Source: Thecamonas trahens ATCC 50062
Lineage: Eukaryota; Protista; Apusomonadida
Assembly (NCBI RefSeq): GCF_000142905.1
Contig: NW_013657647.1
Coordinates: forward strand, 165,142 to 229,141
Direction: 5' to 3'
Length of the DNA stretch: 64,000 bases
The position numbers were made by a program, and so were the translations under genes. The notes below the pieces were generated by a model. That model saw only the letters and a program-made list of their open reading frames with translations. It made no database searches and was not told the origin of the DNA. Of the stretch, positions 33,233-44,800 are shown piece after piece (within the stretch, counting starts at the first letter, position 1; each line of letters begins with the position of its first letter).

Positions 33233-35021
33233 TCAGTCGTCCTCGATTCGCCCGATGACGACGTCGATGACCTCAGCCATGATCTCGCGGAGCTCCTCAA
33301 GATCGATCGTGGTGTAGTCGCCATTCTCATCCTTGATGTGGTTGGCCGGAAACGCGGTGTTGGTCCACGACGCGTAGTGGATGCCTGACCATTGCGAAGT
33401 CCTCGCGTACATCGGCGGCGAGTCGCCGACCGGCCGCAGCTCGACGAGGGCTGCATGATCGGGGAGGAAGAGCGAGTGTGTGAGCGCAGCGCCATGCATG
33501 CCCACCAGGACATCAGTCTGCGAGACAATGTCAAGCTGGTTGGAAAAGGCGTACTGCGAAAAGTCGACGACGTCAACAACCACCGGCCGTGTGCGGAGGC
33601 TGCGCGGCGACGGTGGTGGCGGTGGCGATTGCACCACTCGGCGATGCGAGCGCGGCTTCGCCTCTGTGGCGTTGCCTGCGTGGCTCGAGCGAAGCGGTGG
33701 CGGTGGGCTGGACGGAGGGGGCGGGCTAGGCGATGGGAGCGGTTTCGGCGGCTTGCCAAGCGCACGCAGCATGTCGACCAGCTCGGCCTCGTTGGCGATT
33801 TGGCGACCCATGAACGAGTGGTCGACAAACGAGTGGTACGGCCGGCGTGAGATAAAGGTGATTCGCAGCGGAGTCGACTTTGGCGCACCGGTCAGGTCGC
33901 GCATTTGAAGCCCGAGACCGTTGAGAACATAGGTAGCGTAGGCACGGAGAAGCCCGACCCCGCCGGTGCACTGCGGGTTCTTGTCAAAAAAGATCGAGGT
34001 GTAGCCAGGCGGCGAGAGAGCAGCGCGCGCAAAGCGAACGACCTTGCCGCCGGCAAGCCGCATAGCGTCATTGTAGAACGTCGACGTGCGGACGAGCTTG
34101 CGGAAGAGACGTGCCCAGAGATGGTCATATGGCCCGGACTTGTGGTTGTCGAGAAAGACAACATCGACTTCAGCCGGATCCCAGCCGTTGACATAGCAGC
34201 TGATAAAGGCGTTGACAAGGTCGGTCGTCGAGTGGTACCAATTAAAGTGCTCGCCGCGTTCACGGGTGACCAGCACGACCGGCGTCTCCATATCGAGATC
34301 CACGACCGGCATCTGCTCCGACGAGCTGGCGCCAGCAAAGGCCAGGGCGTAGTCGCGGAGATGATCGGCCGGGAACATTCTCGGCTGAAAGTCGGATGTG
34401 GTGAGGCAGAGCGACGACCAGCCGCCGTTGCGTTTGAACTCGAGGAAGGTCGGCGTGCCCGCGCACATGTAGCCAGGCCGAGACCGCGGGCACTGGATGG
34501 CGCGCGCCGTCTGAAAGTCGACAACCAGATTCGAGGCTGTGCAGAGAACGTGAGGCGCAGTCGGTGCCGGCATAAACGGATGCCTGGTTGATGCGCATTC
34601 GAGCCGGCCAGCCAGATGTGGAAACGCTGGCGCTTCAACAGCTTCTTCTGACGCTGTTACGTTGTCGCCGGCTGGCAGTGGCGGTGGAAGCACCACGCTC
34701 GAGTCGAGCGAGATATGACCTTGCGGGCGCGACGGCTTGAGACCGAGCAATTGGCGACGGCTGTCTTGCCTGGTCTGATCTGAAAGGGCGGGCGGCGGCG
34801 GCGGCGGNNNNNNNNNNNNNNNNNNNNNNNNNNNNNNNNNNNNNNNNNNNNNNNNNNNNNNNNNNNNNNNNNNNNNNNNNNNNNNNNNNNNNNNNNNNNN
34901 NNNNNNNCCCCCCCCCCCCCTCCGCCTTTCCGCCTCGGTTTCTGGCTCCCATCGCTCCGCCACCAACACCCCGCCAACACCCCACCTCCGGTACCGTACT
35001 GGCCACCATAGCTAAAGCCAT
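33233..35021 (-). CDS. Glycosyltransferase family 61 (EOGT-like); 5' end interrupted by a gap
   Basis: FNWYHSTTDLVNAF, ITFISRR, RQIANEAEL, DVLVGMHGAALTHSLFLP. Confidence 0.85.
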
Positions 35022-35361
35022 TCAGACCACCTCACACCACTCACACACACACACACGCGCGCACACACACCAACCCACCCTCTTCCCTCCTCCCCTTCCA
35101 TCCACCACACCTTCCACGCCTCCCCCCCCTACCCGGACACACCTCCCGCTTCCTGTCCCCCTCCCTCCCCTCCCTCTCACCCTCTCTGTCGCTGCTGACA
35201 ACGGATACTGCTGTTGCTGCTGCTGGCTCTGTCTCGGTTGGGTTTTTTTCGTGTCGGGCACTTTGGAACGGCTGAGAAAATAGCGCTTGTTTTTTCACTC
35301 CTAAGAATATCGTCCACACACACACACACACACACACGCTGATACACGCTGACAAGACCAG

Positions 35362-36849
35362 ATGACGGATTCTTGGCTGACTGCTTCCAAGGGCGTTGCC
35401 GACTCGATGATCGATGATGGTGAAGACGAGCTCGTTGTCGAGGTCGTCGACGACTACTTTGACTGCTCAGAGGTCGACTCAGAGTTTGTTGCCGTTGATC
35501 GTGTTCATTCGTCAGGCTCTGCCTCGGCTTGGACTGCTTCCCTGTCGTCGGCCTCAGAACAGGTCGAGGACGACGGGTTTGGCGCGCCGACCACCCTTGG
35601 GCTCGACGATGTCGAGCTCGATCAGCTGGCGGCCGAGGCCAATGCCCGCCCGCAGCGCGAGAGCGACGGCTACTCGGACGACTCGTTCTTTGACGAGGAC
35701 GAGGACGGGAACAAGGACGACGTCAACGTCTCTGCCGCTCCTAACAACGACGCCTACCCCCCCGCCAGCCCGCCGCCGCAGCCGACGTCGGATCCGGCGT
35801 CGGACCCGGTTGATGGTGCAGTGTACTCGTTTGTGACCAGCTCGGACGACCCACACGAGCCGCCGCTTGGCGCTGCGGTGCTCGGTGGCGCAGCAGTCGG
35901 CGCCGCAGCCGGTTCGATGGCCGCCCGCGGGCGGACGAGCTCGAAGCGAGGCCAGGGCAAGTCGAGCAAGCTCAACAAAAAGACCAGCGTCGAGTGGGGG
36001 CTCGAGTCGGACAACGACGAGTCGGCGCTCTCAGACGAGTACGTGTTTTTTGAAGGCGACGGTGCCGGTCGCTTCAATTGGTCCAAGTACCGCATCGGCT
36101 CACGGACCGTCCGTGTCTCGTCGTGGCGCTGCTGCGGGCGGCACATCGACACGCTGGAGACCGACAACGTCCTCGACGTGGGCCTTTTTCAGAACTGCAT
36201 CCACCGGCGTCGTGGACGCGGCATCATCACCCTCGCCTCGCACGACCCGACTACTCCCATGCTGCGCCTCAAGGTCGACAACGCCATCCCTATTTTCCTC
36301 CGCCTCCGCGAGTACTGCGCCACCAACTGCGACCCCGAGGTGCTGGAGATCATCAAGTCCGACCGCAACGTTGAGCACTTTGAGCAGGACACCGACGCCC
36401 TCTTCTCGGGTGAGTACCTCTCTTGCTGCTACGGCCGCGGCTGCCCGTGCTCCTCGTGGGCATGCTGCTCCTGCTGCGAGCCGGTCGAGCGGTTCTCGGT
36501 CAACAACTCGCACATCCGCCTCGAGAACAAGTCGTGCTGCTACTCCAAGTTCTCCTCCGTCTTTATCGACTGGGCCTACGACATCAAGCTTCAGAAGCGA
36601 TGCATGTGCTGCTGCACCCGCTGGTGCGAGTACGGTATCATCTCCATCTACTCGTTCGACAACGAGGTCCCCGAGCTCAACATCCACGTCAAGGCCGGCC
36701 GCGGCACAAACCCCAAGGAGATCATGGATGGCATCGCCTCCCGTATGGACATCACACAGGCCACCCGCGACCACTGGCTGCGCTCGCGGACCCAGACCGT
36801 CGTCAACGAAGCTTTCAAGTCCATGGTCAAGGGTCGCATGCAGGGCTAG
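35362..36849 (+). CDS. Acidic N-terminus plus two Cys-rich bacterial-type PH (bPH_2-like) domains
   Basis: YRIGSRTVRVSS...VLDVGLFQ...GRGIITLASHDPTTPMLRL and a second copy FSVNNSHIRLE...YDIKLQ...YGIISIYSFDNEVPELNI. Confidence 0.7.
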   Translation: MTDSWLTASKGVADSMIDDGEDELVVEVVDDYFDCSEVDSEFVAVDRVHSSGSASAWTASLSSASEQVEDDGFGAPTTLGLDDVELDQLAAEANARPQRESDGYSDDSFFDEDEDGNKDDVNVSAAPNNDAYPPASPPPQPTSDPASDPVDGAVYSFVTSSDDPHEPPLGAAVLGGAAVGAAAGSMAARGRTSSKRGQGKSSKLNKKTSVEWGLESDNDESALSDEYVFFEGDGAGRFNWSKYRIGSRTVRVSSWRCCGRHIDTLETDNVLDVGLFQNCIHRRRGRGIITLASHDPTTPMLRLKVDNAIPIFLRLREYCATNCDPEVLEIIKSDRNVEHFEQDTDALFSGEYLSCCYGRGCPCSSWACCSCCEPVERFSVNNSHIRLENKSCCYSKFSSVFIDWAYDIKLQKRCMCCCTRWCEYGIISIYSFDNEVPELNIHVKAGRGTNPKEIMDGIASRMDITQATRDHWLRSRTQTVVNEAFKSMVKGRMQG

Positions 36850-37172
36850 TGAATGAACATACTTCCCATCCCCTCCTTCCTCGCCTCTGTTGCCGCCAAT
36901 TTCCCCATTTCGCTCGAAACCAAAAAATTCGTCCTTCGTCCAAGAACCCCTTTCCTCCAAAAAAAAGGCCTTCGGTCAGCTCCCCTTCCCCTCCCCCCCC
37001 CTCCCCCAAACCACGCGCACACCGCCATTCACTTCTCTCGACCACACATACATGTACGCCCCTCCCCCCTCCCCCCCCCCCCCCTCCCCCCTCCATTCCT
37101 TCCCCTTCTCTCCATTCCCACTCCCTTCCCCTTCCCCACCTCACTACATCCTTCCATGTGTCAGTTGCCAGG

Positions 37173-40100
37173 ATGGTCACGTGGAGCCAACGCGGCGGCC
37201 ATTCGGCCGCATTTGTGGCACTGGTTCTTTTTTGCGTTGCCCTCGCCGCTGGACCAGTGGGAGCAGCAACGATCGCTGAAGTCATGGCAGTCCCGCAGTG
37301 CGATACTGAAGGCAACACGCCGATGGTTCCAGATGCTGGCTTTCCCATCACCGCCCGCGTCATTGCTGACATGGACGGCAACGGCATCGACGAGGTCCTA
37401 GCTGCTGACGGATCAACCGTCTGGATGCACTCGCACGCGGGCGCTTGGTCGTCCATAGTGGCAGCTTCGGCTATTGGCACCGTCGGCCATATCATTGCAC
37501 CTGACATTAACGCCGATGGCTTCCTGGACATTGTCTTTGTCGTCGGCACCAGCGCGTACGCTGCTATCAACGACAAAGTCGGCGGCTTTCACGGACCCGC
37601 CGTCCTCCTGCCCACTGCGGCACAGGATGACTTTCTGCGCAAGGTCGACTGGAATGGAGACGGCGTTGACGACATTGCTGTAGTTACTTCTACTAAGACC
37701 ACGATGTACGTCAACGACGGTTTGGGATCGTTCACCGCGAGTGGCGATGCGCCGTTCGGCCGAGGCCAGTCGACTGGCGACGGCGCCGTCCATTTTCTGG
37801 ATCTCGACAACGATGGCGATCTTGACATTGTCGGGTATACTGGTACTTTCGTCGCCTACATCTTGCGCGACGGGCTCATGCTTGCAGGTCAGCCGACTCT
37901 GCTGCACTCGGTCGCCGTCCTCGATGCACCGCCCAGCACCCTTGCCGACCTTGACAACGACGCCAAGCCCGAGTACTACTTTGTCCTCGACAACAGCGTG
38001 ATGAAGATCACGTACCTGGACGGCATCATCGGCATTGTTTCTGTACGGGAAGTGTTTGGGCTCACTGACCTCACACCAGTTGATGCCGATCGGGACGGTG
38101 ACCTTGATCTTTTGGCTGCTACCGCTGGAGGCTCGTTGGTCTGGATGGAAAACACTGGCGCCAAAGACAGTCTTGTCCGCCAGCGCACCATCACACACGA
38201 ATCGAGTTCTGTCCTGGTCGGCAACGTCTACACGGCTGGCCCGCACGACATTTATCTCATTGGCACTTCCGTTTCCAAGCTCAGTTTTCCATCAACGCCG
38301 TATTTCGACGACACCACGTGGACCTTGAACACGCAAGAGGTTACCGATCCCAGTGGGATCAGCAACTTCAACAACCTCAAGCCCGGAGATATCGATGGTG
38401 ACGGCCTGGCCGATCTCATCGTAGGCGCCACTGTTCCAGGCTTTCAAGGTGCTACCACATTCTGGGTCAGGACAACTGCACTGCAGGGTCAACTGGGTAG
38501 CGTTACCGTCATCAACCAAGTCACCAATGTTGTGCTTCTTGTTGTTGATGTTGACAACGATGGCGACATGGACGTTATCTCTAGAGCGTCATTCGCTGAC
38601 GGTAACCTTGCCGCCGACATCAACGCGGATGGTGTGGGTCAGACCTGGCAACACCGAATCATCTCGTCGGAAAACAACATGTTTACCTTAGAGTTTCTCG
38701 ACATTGACAGTGACGGGCACAACGATCTCCTAGTGCTGGACACAGCCGCTCCCATAGTCTTCTTTGGGTTAGGTGGAGGTCACTTTGTCGCCACCTCTGT
38801 CCCCATTCCACTTTCAGTACCTGCCGGGTATCCATTTTCACTTCAGCCGGTTGCCATCATTGACATCGATGGCGACGGTGGCCGCGACCTGATCGCTTCC
38901 GGCGGAGGCTTCCGGGACATCGGAGTCCTCAAGTGGGTTGGCAACATTACCTACAACGAATATGCACCAATGGAGACGGTATGCTGTTTTCATCGTATCT
39001 CAACTGTCCGTGCCAACAACGATGACCTGGATGACATCTTTTATCAGTCCGATAACGACTTCACCGTCCGCCTCAACGATGGCACGGGCGGCTTTTCGGC
39101 GCCAATCATCATTCTCTCTCTCGCTTCAGTCTCTCAGGCGGTGGAGATGACATATCTTTACGACGGCCGCATTGCTGTTGTGTTCATGCCAAATTTTTCC
39201 GCTCTGCGCATCGCCATCTCGACATCTCCTTTTCTCGTCGACCTCGGCGAGACCATCGTCGTCTCAGACGGTGACGACACCAGGGGTATGGTTGTTGGAG
39301 ACTTTGATGCCGATGGCAGCCTTGACATTGTCTGGCCAGACCATCCCAATCTATCATTTCTCTCCATGGCCTACCGTAGCGCTTTGTTTGCCTACTCCGG
39401 GCGGACGCTGGCCTACCAGGCCGCTCTTCCGGGCTGCGAGTACGGTCCGACGTCGTTTGCCTGCCTCGTCGCCAACATCGCACGCATCCAGGTCTGCTCC
39501 GACAACGTCCTTCTCCTTCCGCCGGGCTCCTACCAGTGCCGCAGCGAGTCGCACCTCCAAGTCGTACGCCCTGTCTACTTGCGCGCGGAGATCCCAGGTA
39601 CCGTTACCTTTGATTGCGCTGACGGTGACAACGGCGCTGTTCTCTTCCGTGTCATGCCCAATACCATCACCCCAGTCCTCGACTCGAGCCTCGTTCTCGA
39701 GGACATCGCCATCACCCGCATGGCCGCCACCGACGGCAGCATCTATGGCGCGCCAGGCATCCGCGTCGAAGGCGCTGGCGCCTCTCTCACTCTCAAGAAC
39801 TCCAGCATCACCCACAGTACGAGCACTCCTGTCGCCTCGCCCAAGCCCATCCTCGACGTCGGCATCGGAGGCGCTGTGCTTGTCGGCGAGGGTGCGTCGC
39901 TCGTGCTTGACCGCGCGGTGCTGAGCGACAACACGGCGTTTTCCACCGGCGGCTCGATCTACGCCCGCGCAGCCGGCACGACCGTCACCGCCACTGCGTC
40001 CACGGTCACCAAGTCGATTGCGGTTCAGGGCGGCGCCGTTGCCATTGTTCAGGGTGCAAGCCTGGTGATGACCGACTCGGTCATGAGTGCCAACACTGCA

Positions 40101-41632
40101 ACTGGTCTCGGCGGCGGCGGCTTGACCGTTGATGAGTTCTCGTCGGCATCGCTGACCCGATCGCGCGTCCGCGACAACATGGCGAGCAGCTGCCCCGGCG
40201 GCGGCCTGCTTGTGCGTGATGGAAGCGCTGTGTCGCTGGTCGACACCGTTGTGACTCGCAACACCGCCCGGTTTGGCGGTGGTGTTGCAGCCGTTGCAAC
40301 CGAGCTTGTCTCGCGCGTCAACGCCGCTGAAGCCTCGGCACAGCTTCCCATCGCCACAGGCGCGATCGCAGCGCTAGCACCAGCGGATGGGCGCGCCGCT
40401 ACCATTGTGCTGACCAACTCGAACGTGACTCACAACGTGGCCCAGGCCAAGGCCGCCGGCATCCTCGCCTGTGGTGCGCCGGTCGCCGTCGCTGGTCCAA
40501 CATCGGCTGTCCGCGACAACCGCGACGAGACGAGTGATGCTCGATCCGACGTCCTGCTCTGCACCGCGGATGGCGTGGCGGCCGGCTATGCCTCGGCAGC
40601 TGAGCTCACGTGGGTGCGGGTGAGCGACGCCGACTTTGCGACTGCGCTTGCTGGTGCCACCATCGGTGGACCGCTCGCGCGCATCGAGTGGGTCACACCT
40701 CCGCCAGCCTCGCTCGAGTCTTCGCGCACCTTTGGCGGCGTGGTCCGCGGCATCGACACGATGGGTCGCACCCATGTCGAGCACGCGCAAGAGCTTGTTC
40801 TCGGGTTGGCCTCGGACGATGTGGTGGGCGTGGGTGTGCCCGAGGCGCCGCTAGCGTCGGCGCTCGCACTTCCGCCTGAGATCCGGGTCCAAGCCAAGAT
40901 GGACGTTGCAGACGCGCTGCCCATCGAGGTGCAGTACACTCTGGCGGCGGCTGGTACGCCCAGCATCGCGCTTGATGGCACAATCACACTTATCAGCTGT
41001 CTGACTGGGGCAGGGTCCACGGGTGTGGCCAACGGAATCGAGGTTCTCGAATGCGCGTGCCCGATGAACACCGTCGTCTCGACAGGGAGCATCAACATCA
41101 CGGCTGGGACGTGCGTGTGCGTCGCTGGCACTTGGTCGCCGAGCGGTCAGCCCAATGTGCCATGTGCGCCGTGTCCAGTCGGGGCTTTGTGCGATGGCGT
41201 GCTGTCCAAACCGCGGGCGGCGCCGGGCTACTTTCCTGACAGCGGCGCGTTTGTGCGGTGCCCGACGACGGGCGCTTGCCTCGGCAACGGCCGATGCGCG
41301 CCGGGATACACCGCCCGGCTGTGCGCCAAGTGTGTCCACGGGTACTATCGGCTTGGTGGGAGCTGCCGCAAGTGCGATACGAGCAAGAACGGTATCGTCG
41401 CTGCCCTTGTTGTCCTTGCCGCCCTCGCCATCACCGGTGCGCTGTATGTCTTTTCGCTCGCCGAGAGCTTGCGGTACAAGTTTGTGGCGGCGATGATCGG
41501 CGTCAACGCGCTTCAGATCTCAGCCATGTACGGGCGGCTCGACCTCGATTGGGGTCCGGTGGCCGACGTGTACTTTGACTTTGCATCGTCGGTTAACCTC
41601 AACTTTGAGCTCACCTCGCCCGAGTGCACAGT
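37173..41632 (+). pseudogene. FG-GAP/VCBS repeat + beta-helix + Cys-rich multi-TM receptor-like gene, interrupted by the LTR retrotransposon
   Basis: Signal peptide, many DxDxDGxxD repeats, GGA/N.A..GG repeats, CAPCPVGALC...CAPGYTARLCAKC, TM helices. At 41633 the frame enters the LTR and stops at 41786. Confidence 0.85.
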
Positions 41633-41778
41633 TGTTTCAGGAGTTACGTTTCCCCAGCGTGGCGAGGACGTCGACACACGTCAGACGGTCCAGGCGGAGT
41701 CAAAACTCCGCGATCCTCCTGCCAGAAACAGTCTAGCATTGAAGGTATCCGAAACTGTTGATCCGGACTACTGCAGCA
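41633..41778 (+). repeat. 5' LTR
   Basis: tgtttcaggag...ctgcagca; identical to 46468-46613. Confidence 0.97.
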
Positions 41779-41801
41779 TCTTTTAACAAGGGCACCGATG
41801 T

Positions 41802-44800
41802 GTGGGTGCTCAAGTGGGTGCTCTCGCTGCTGCTACCGGTGTTACCAGCACCCTCATGAATCGACTCCCCGACCTGTCGGACGAGACGGCGCTGAGGGCG
41901 CTGCAAGCACTTGCCAACGCACTCGGTGAGTTCGCCAACGAACTTGACGTCTACGGAAAGCACATGTCGAGGGCAACAAGGCAAGCCATCATGAGCAAGG
42001 CGAACAACGACAGCCGAGTCGAGAACCTTATGGTTCGCGCTACGGCGGTCGCGACGGATCAGGCCGCCTCACCCCTAAAGGAGGCGGCGGGTGACGTGAC
42101 GGACACTGAGGAAAACAGATACGGCAGTTTGGCTGTGGACCCCTCAGCATGGTCGGCCGTGACGTCGGCTTTGGGCCGGAATGGCCTGGAGGAGGAGGCC
42201 CTGCGAGAGCACGGCTTACTGGCGACCGCGCTGTTCTTTGCGACCTTCATCAGCGAGGGCAACGTGATCGGGGCGGAGCGCGCTAAAGCGCGCGCATACC
42301 GCAAGAACATGACTCCGGAACAAGGGGAGTCGCTCATGGCGTACTGTTCACGCATACGTTCGTGGTTTGACAACATCCCGCCACTGAAAGGGATGCCGTC
42401 GGAAGAGTCGGTCATTGACCGGCTGGGCGAGACACTGGAAAAGCACCTTTTGCATGCACAATGGATCGAGCTCAGCCGGGAAGCCGGCTACACAGGGTTC
42501 GAACAGCCCTCCAGTCTCAACGTCATCGTCCGAGCGGCCTCTCGCATGGGGCACCTCGGCATCGTCCTTCGGCGCGAGGCGCCGAAGAAGTCCCGCACCG
42601 CCGGGGCACAGGCAGCCGCGGCAACGGCGAACCCGGCGACAACCCGGCGCGCGCGCCCTGACACCAGAACGTGCTACAGGTGCCACGAGCCGGGGCATAT
42701 CCGGCGAAACTGCCCGCAGAAGAGGCGCACAAAGCGCTGCGGGGCTTGCAACTCGACGGAACACGCGCTCGCCGCATGCCCGATCCTGGCAGCAGGTCGC
42801 GCTGCCATGGCCAGCGCGGACATTGAAAGCGCCGACGAGTATACCGGAGAGCAACACGGAGATGCAGAGCCGGAAGGGGAAGACGAGGAGGAACCCAACC
42901 AGTGGATCTCGGCGCGCCTCTCAGGCCCGCTGGGGTTCTACGAGGCAAATGGACTCATCGACTCGGGCAGCACGTTTTCGCTCATCTCCATGCGGACGGC
43001 ATACTCGCTGGGCCTCGACATCGAGGGGAATCTAACGGCGCTAGAGCGCTCGACCGTGGACATCGGAAAGCGAACGCTCCTCATCATAGGCGCCGCCACC
43101 CTCCCCCTCGTACTAGCGGACGAGGCAAGACGCCAGCACACGTTCCTGATGCGAGTGCTGGTGGTGCCGGACATGGTCGCAGACTTGATCATTGGATGGC
43201 GGTTTTTGAAAGACGAGAAGGCATTCCCGGTCGCTCACCAGGACACGCTTGTGATCACGGGTAAGGGAAGCGAAGACATCAGGATCCCGATGCATACAGG
43301 GATCGGTCGAACGGCGGCGGTGGCGACCCCGACGATCGCCAGGAAGACCGTCACCAAGGAGGATGTGACGTTTGGAAAGGACGTCACGCGCGAACAGCGC
43401 GAGCGCACTCTCCGGGTACTGAACAAGTACCCAGCGCTAGTGCTCGGCACGACGCCACGCCGGTTTACCTCGCTGGAGAAGGCGACTGTCGTGCTCATGG
43501 AGGGGGCCGAGCCGTTTTGGCGAGCAAGTAGGCCACGCTCGGCCCACGAGCGAAAGATTCTCCAAGCAGAGCTGGACGCACTGGAAGACGCAGGCTACCT
43601 GAGGAAAGTCCCCGAGTCGGAGCGTACGATCGATTCCCATCCGTGGTCGTTGCCCGTGTTCCTGGTCAAGAAGGCGGGGAAGGTGACAAAGTATGATGAC
43701 AACGGCAACCCACTCCCAGGCTCAATGCGGGTGGTGCAAGACGCCCGAGAGCTGAACAAGCGGTGTGCGAAAGAGTACAACGAAAAGCTTTCCGTGCGCT
43801 CCGTGCTAGACGCGGCAGGCAAGAGGCGCTACTGGACGCGGATTGATTTTGATAAGGCCTTTCACCAAGTCATGTTACGAGAGGAAGACAGGGCCAAGAT
43901 GGCCTTCTCGCTTGACACGGGCGAGCTTTACGAGTTCGTAGCGATGTCGATGGGATGGATTAACGCGCCATCAGTGTGGAACCGAGTCATGGCACGAGCA
44001 CTGGGCCCGATGCTGCAGCGAGTGGCATTCTGGATGGACGACGCCGTAATGGGCTGCGACGACATCGACGAAGGCATCGAACAGCTCGAACAGCTGTTGA
44101 AGCGCCTGGACGAGGCGGGGCTTACGATCTCGCTCCCCAAACTGGAGCTCTTTGTCGATGAGACGGAGTTCGTGGGTTTAACGATCTCGGAGGAGGGCAT
44201 CGGAATCAAGGAGACCGCCAAGGACCTTTTCCGGACGATGGAGCGTCCCACTACCACAGCGGCGCTCCGGTCGTTCCTGGGAGCGGTGCAGTGGTTCGCG
44301 GCATGGATACCACAGGCATCAGCCAAGTCGAACATACTCTCGATGTGCATGCGCAAAGGTCATCGACTGGAGTGGAATGCGGAGCGCATCGCGGCGTTTG
44401 AGTCGCTGCGCGACGCCATCGCAGACGCGGAGCCGCTCGCGCACGCAGCGGAGCTAGAACGCGAGGGCACAACGCCAGTGGTAGCGACGGACGCATCCGT
44501 ACGGGCAGTGGGAGCCGTGCTGTCCGTGAGAGATGCCAAGGGCACGTCGCGGGTGGTGGCTTACGCCGCACGAGCTTTCGCGGAGCGCGAGCTATCAGCG
44601 GGCGTGCCGGACAAAGAGCTCGCGGCAGTGGTCCATGCGCTTACCAAGTTCGAACCGTACTTGGACGGGCGACGCTTCGAGCTGCAGACTGATTCACGGG
44701 CCGTCAAGGGGATGATCGAAAGCGAGGACCCGCCCCCGGACAGGAAGCGGGCGCGCTGGTTGGCATTTATCCGCTCTTTCACCTTCAACGTCGTGCACGT

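Noticed and set aside
36423-37172. N-terminal extension of the 1787-aa track ORF
   Set aside because: It overlaps the upstream gene out of frame and crosses a C-rich spacer; the signal peptide starts at ATG 37173.
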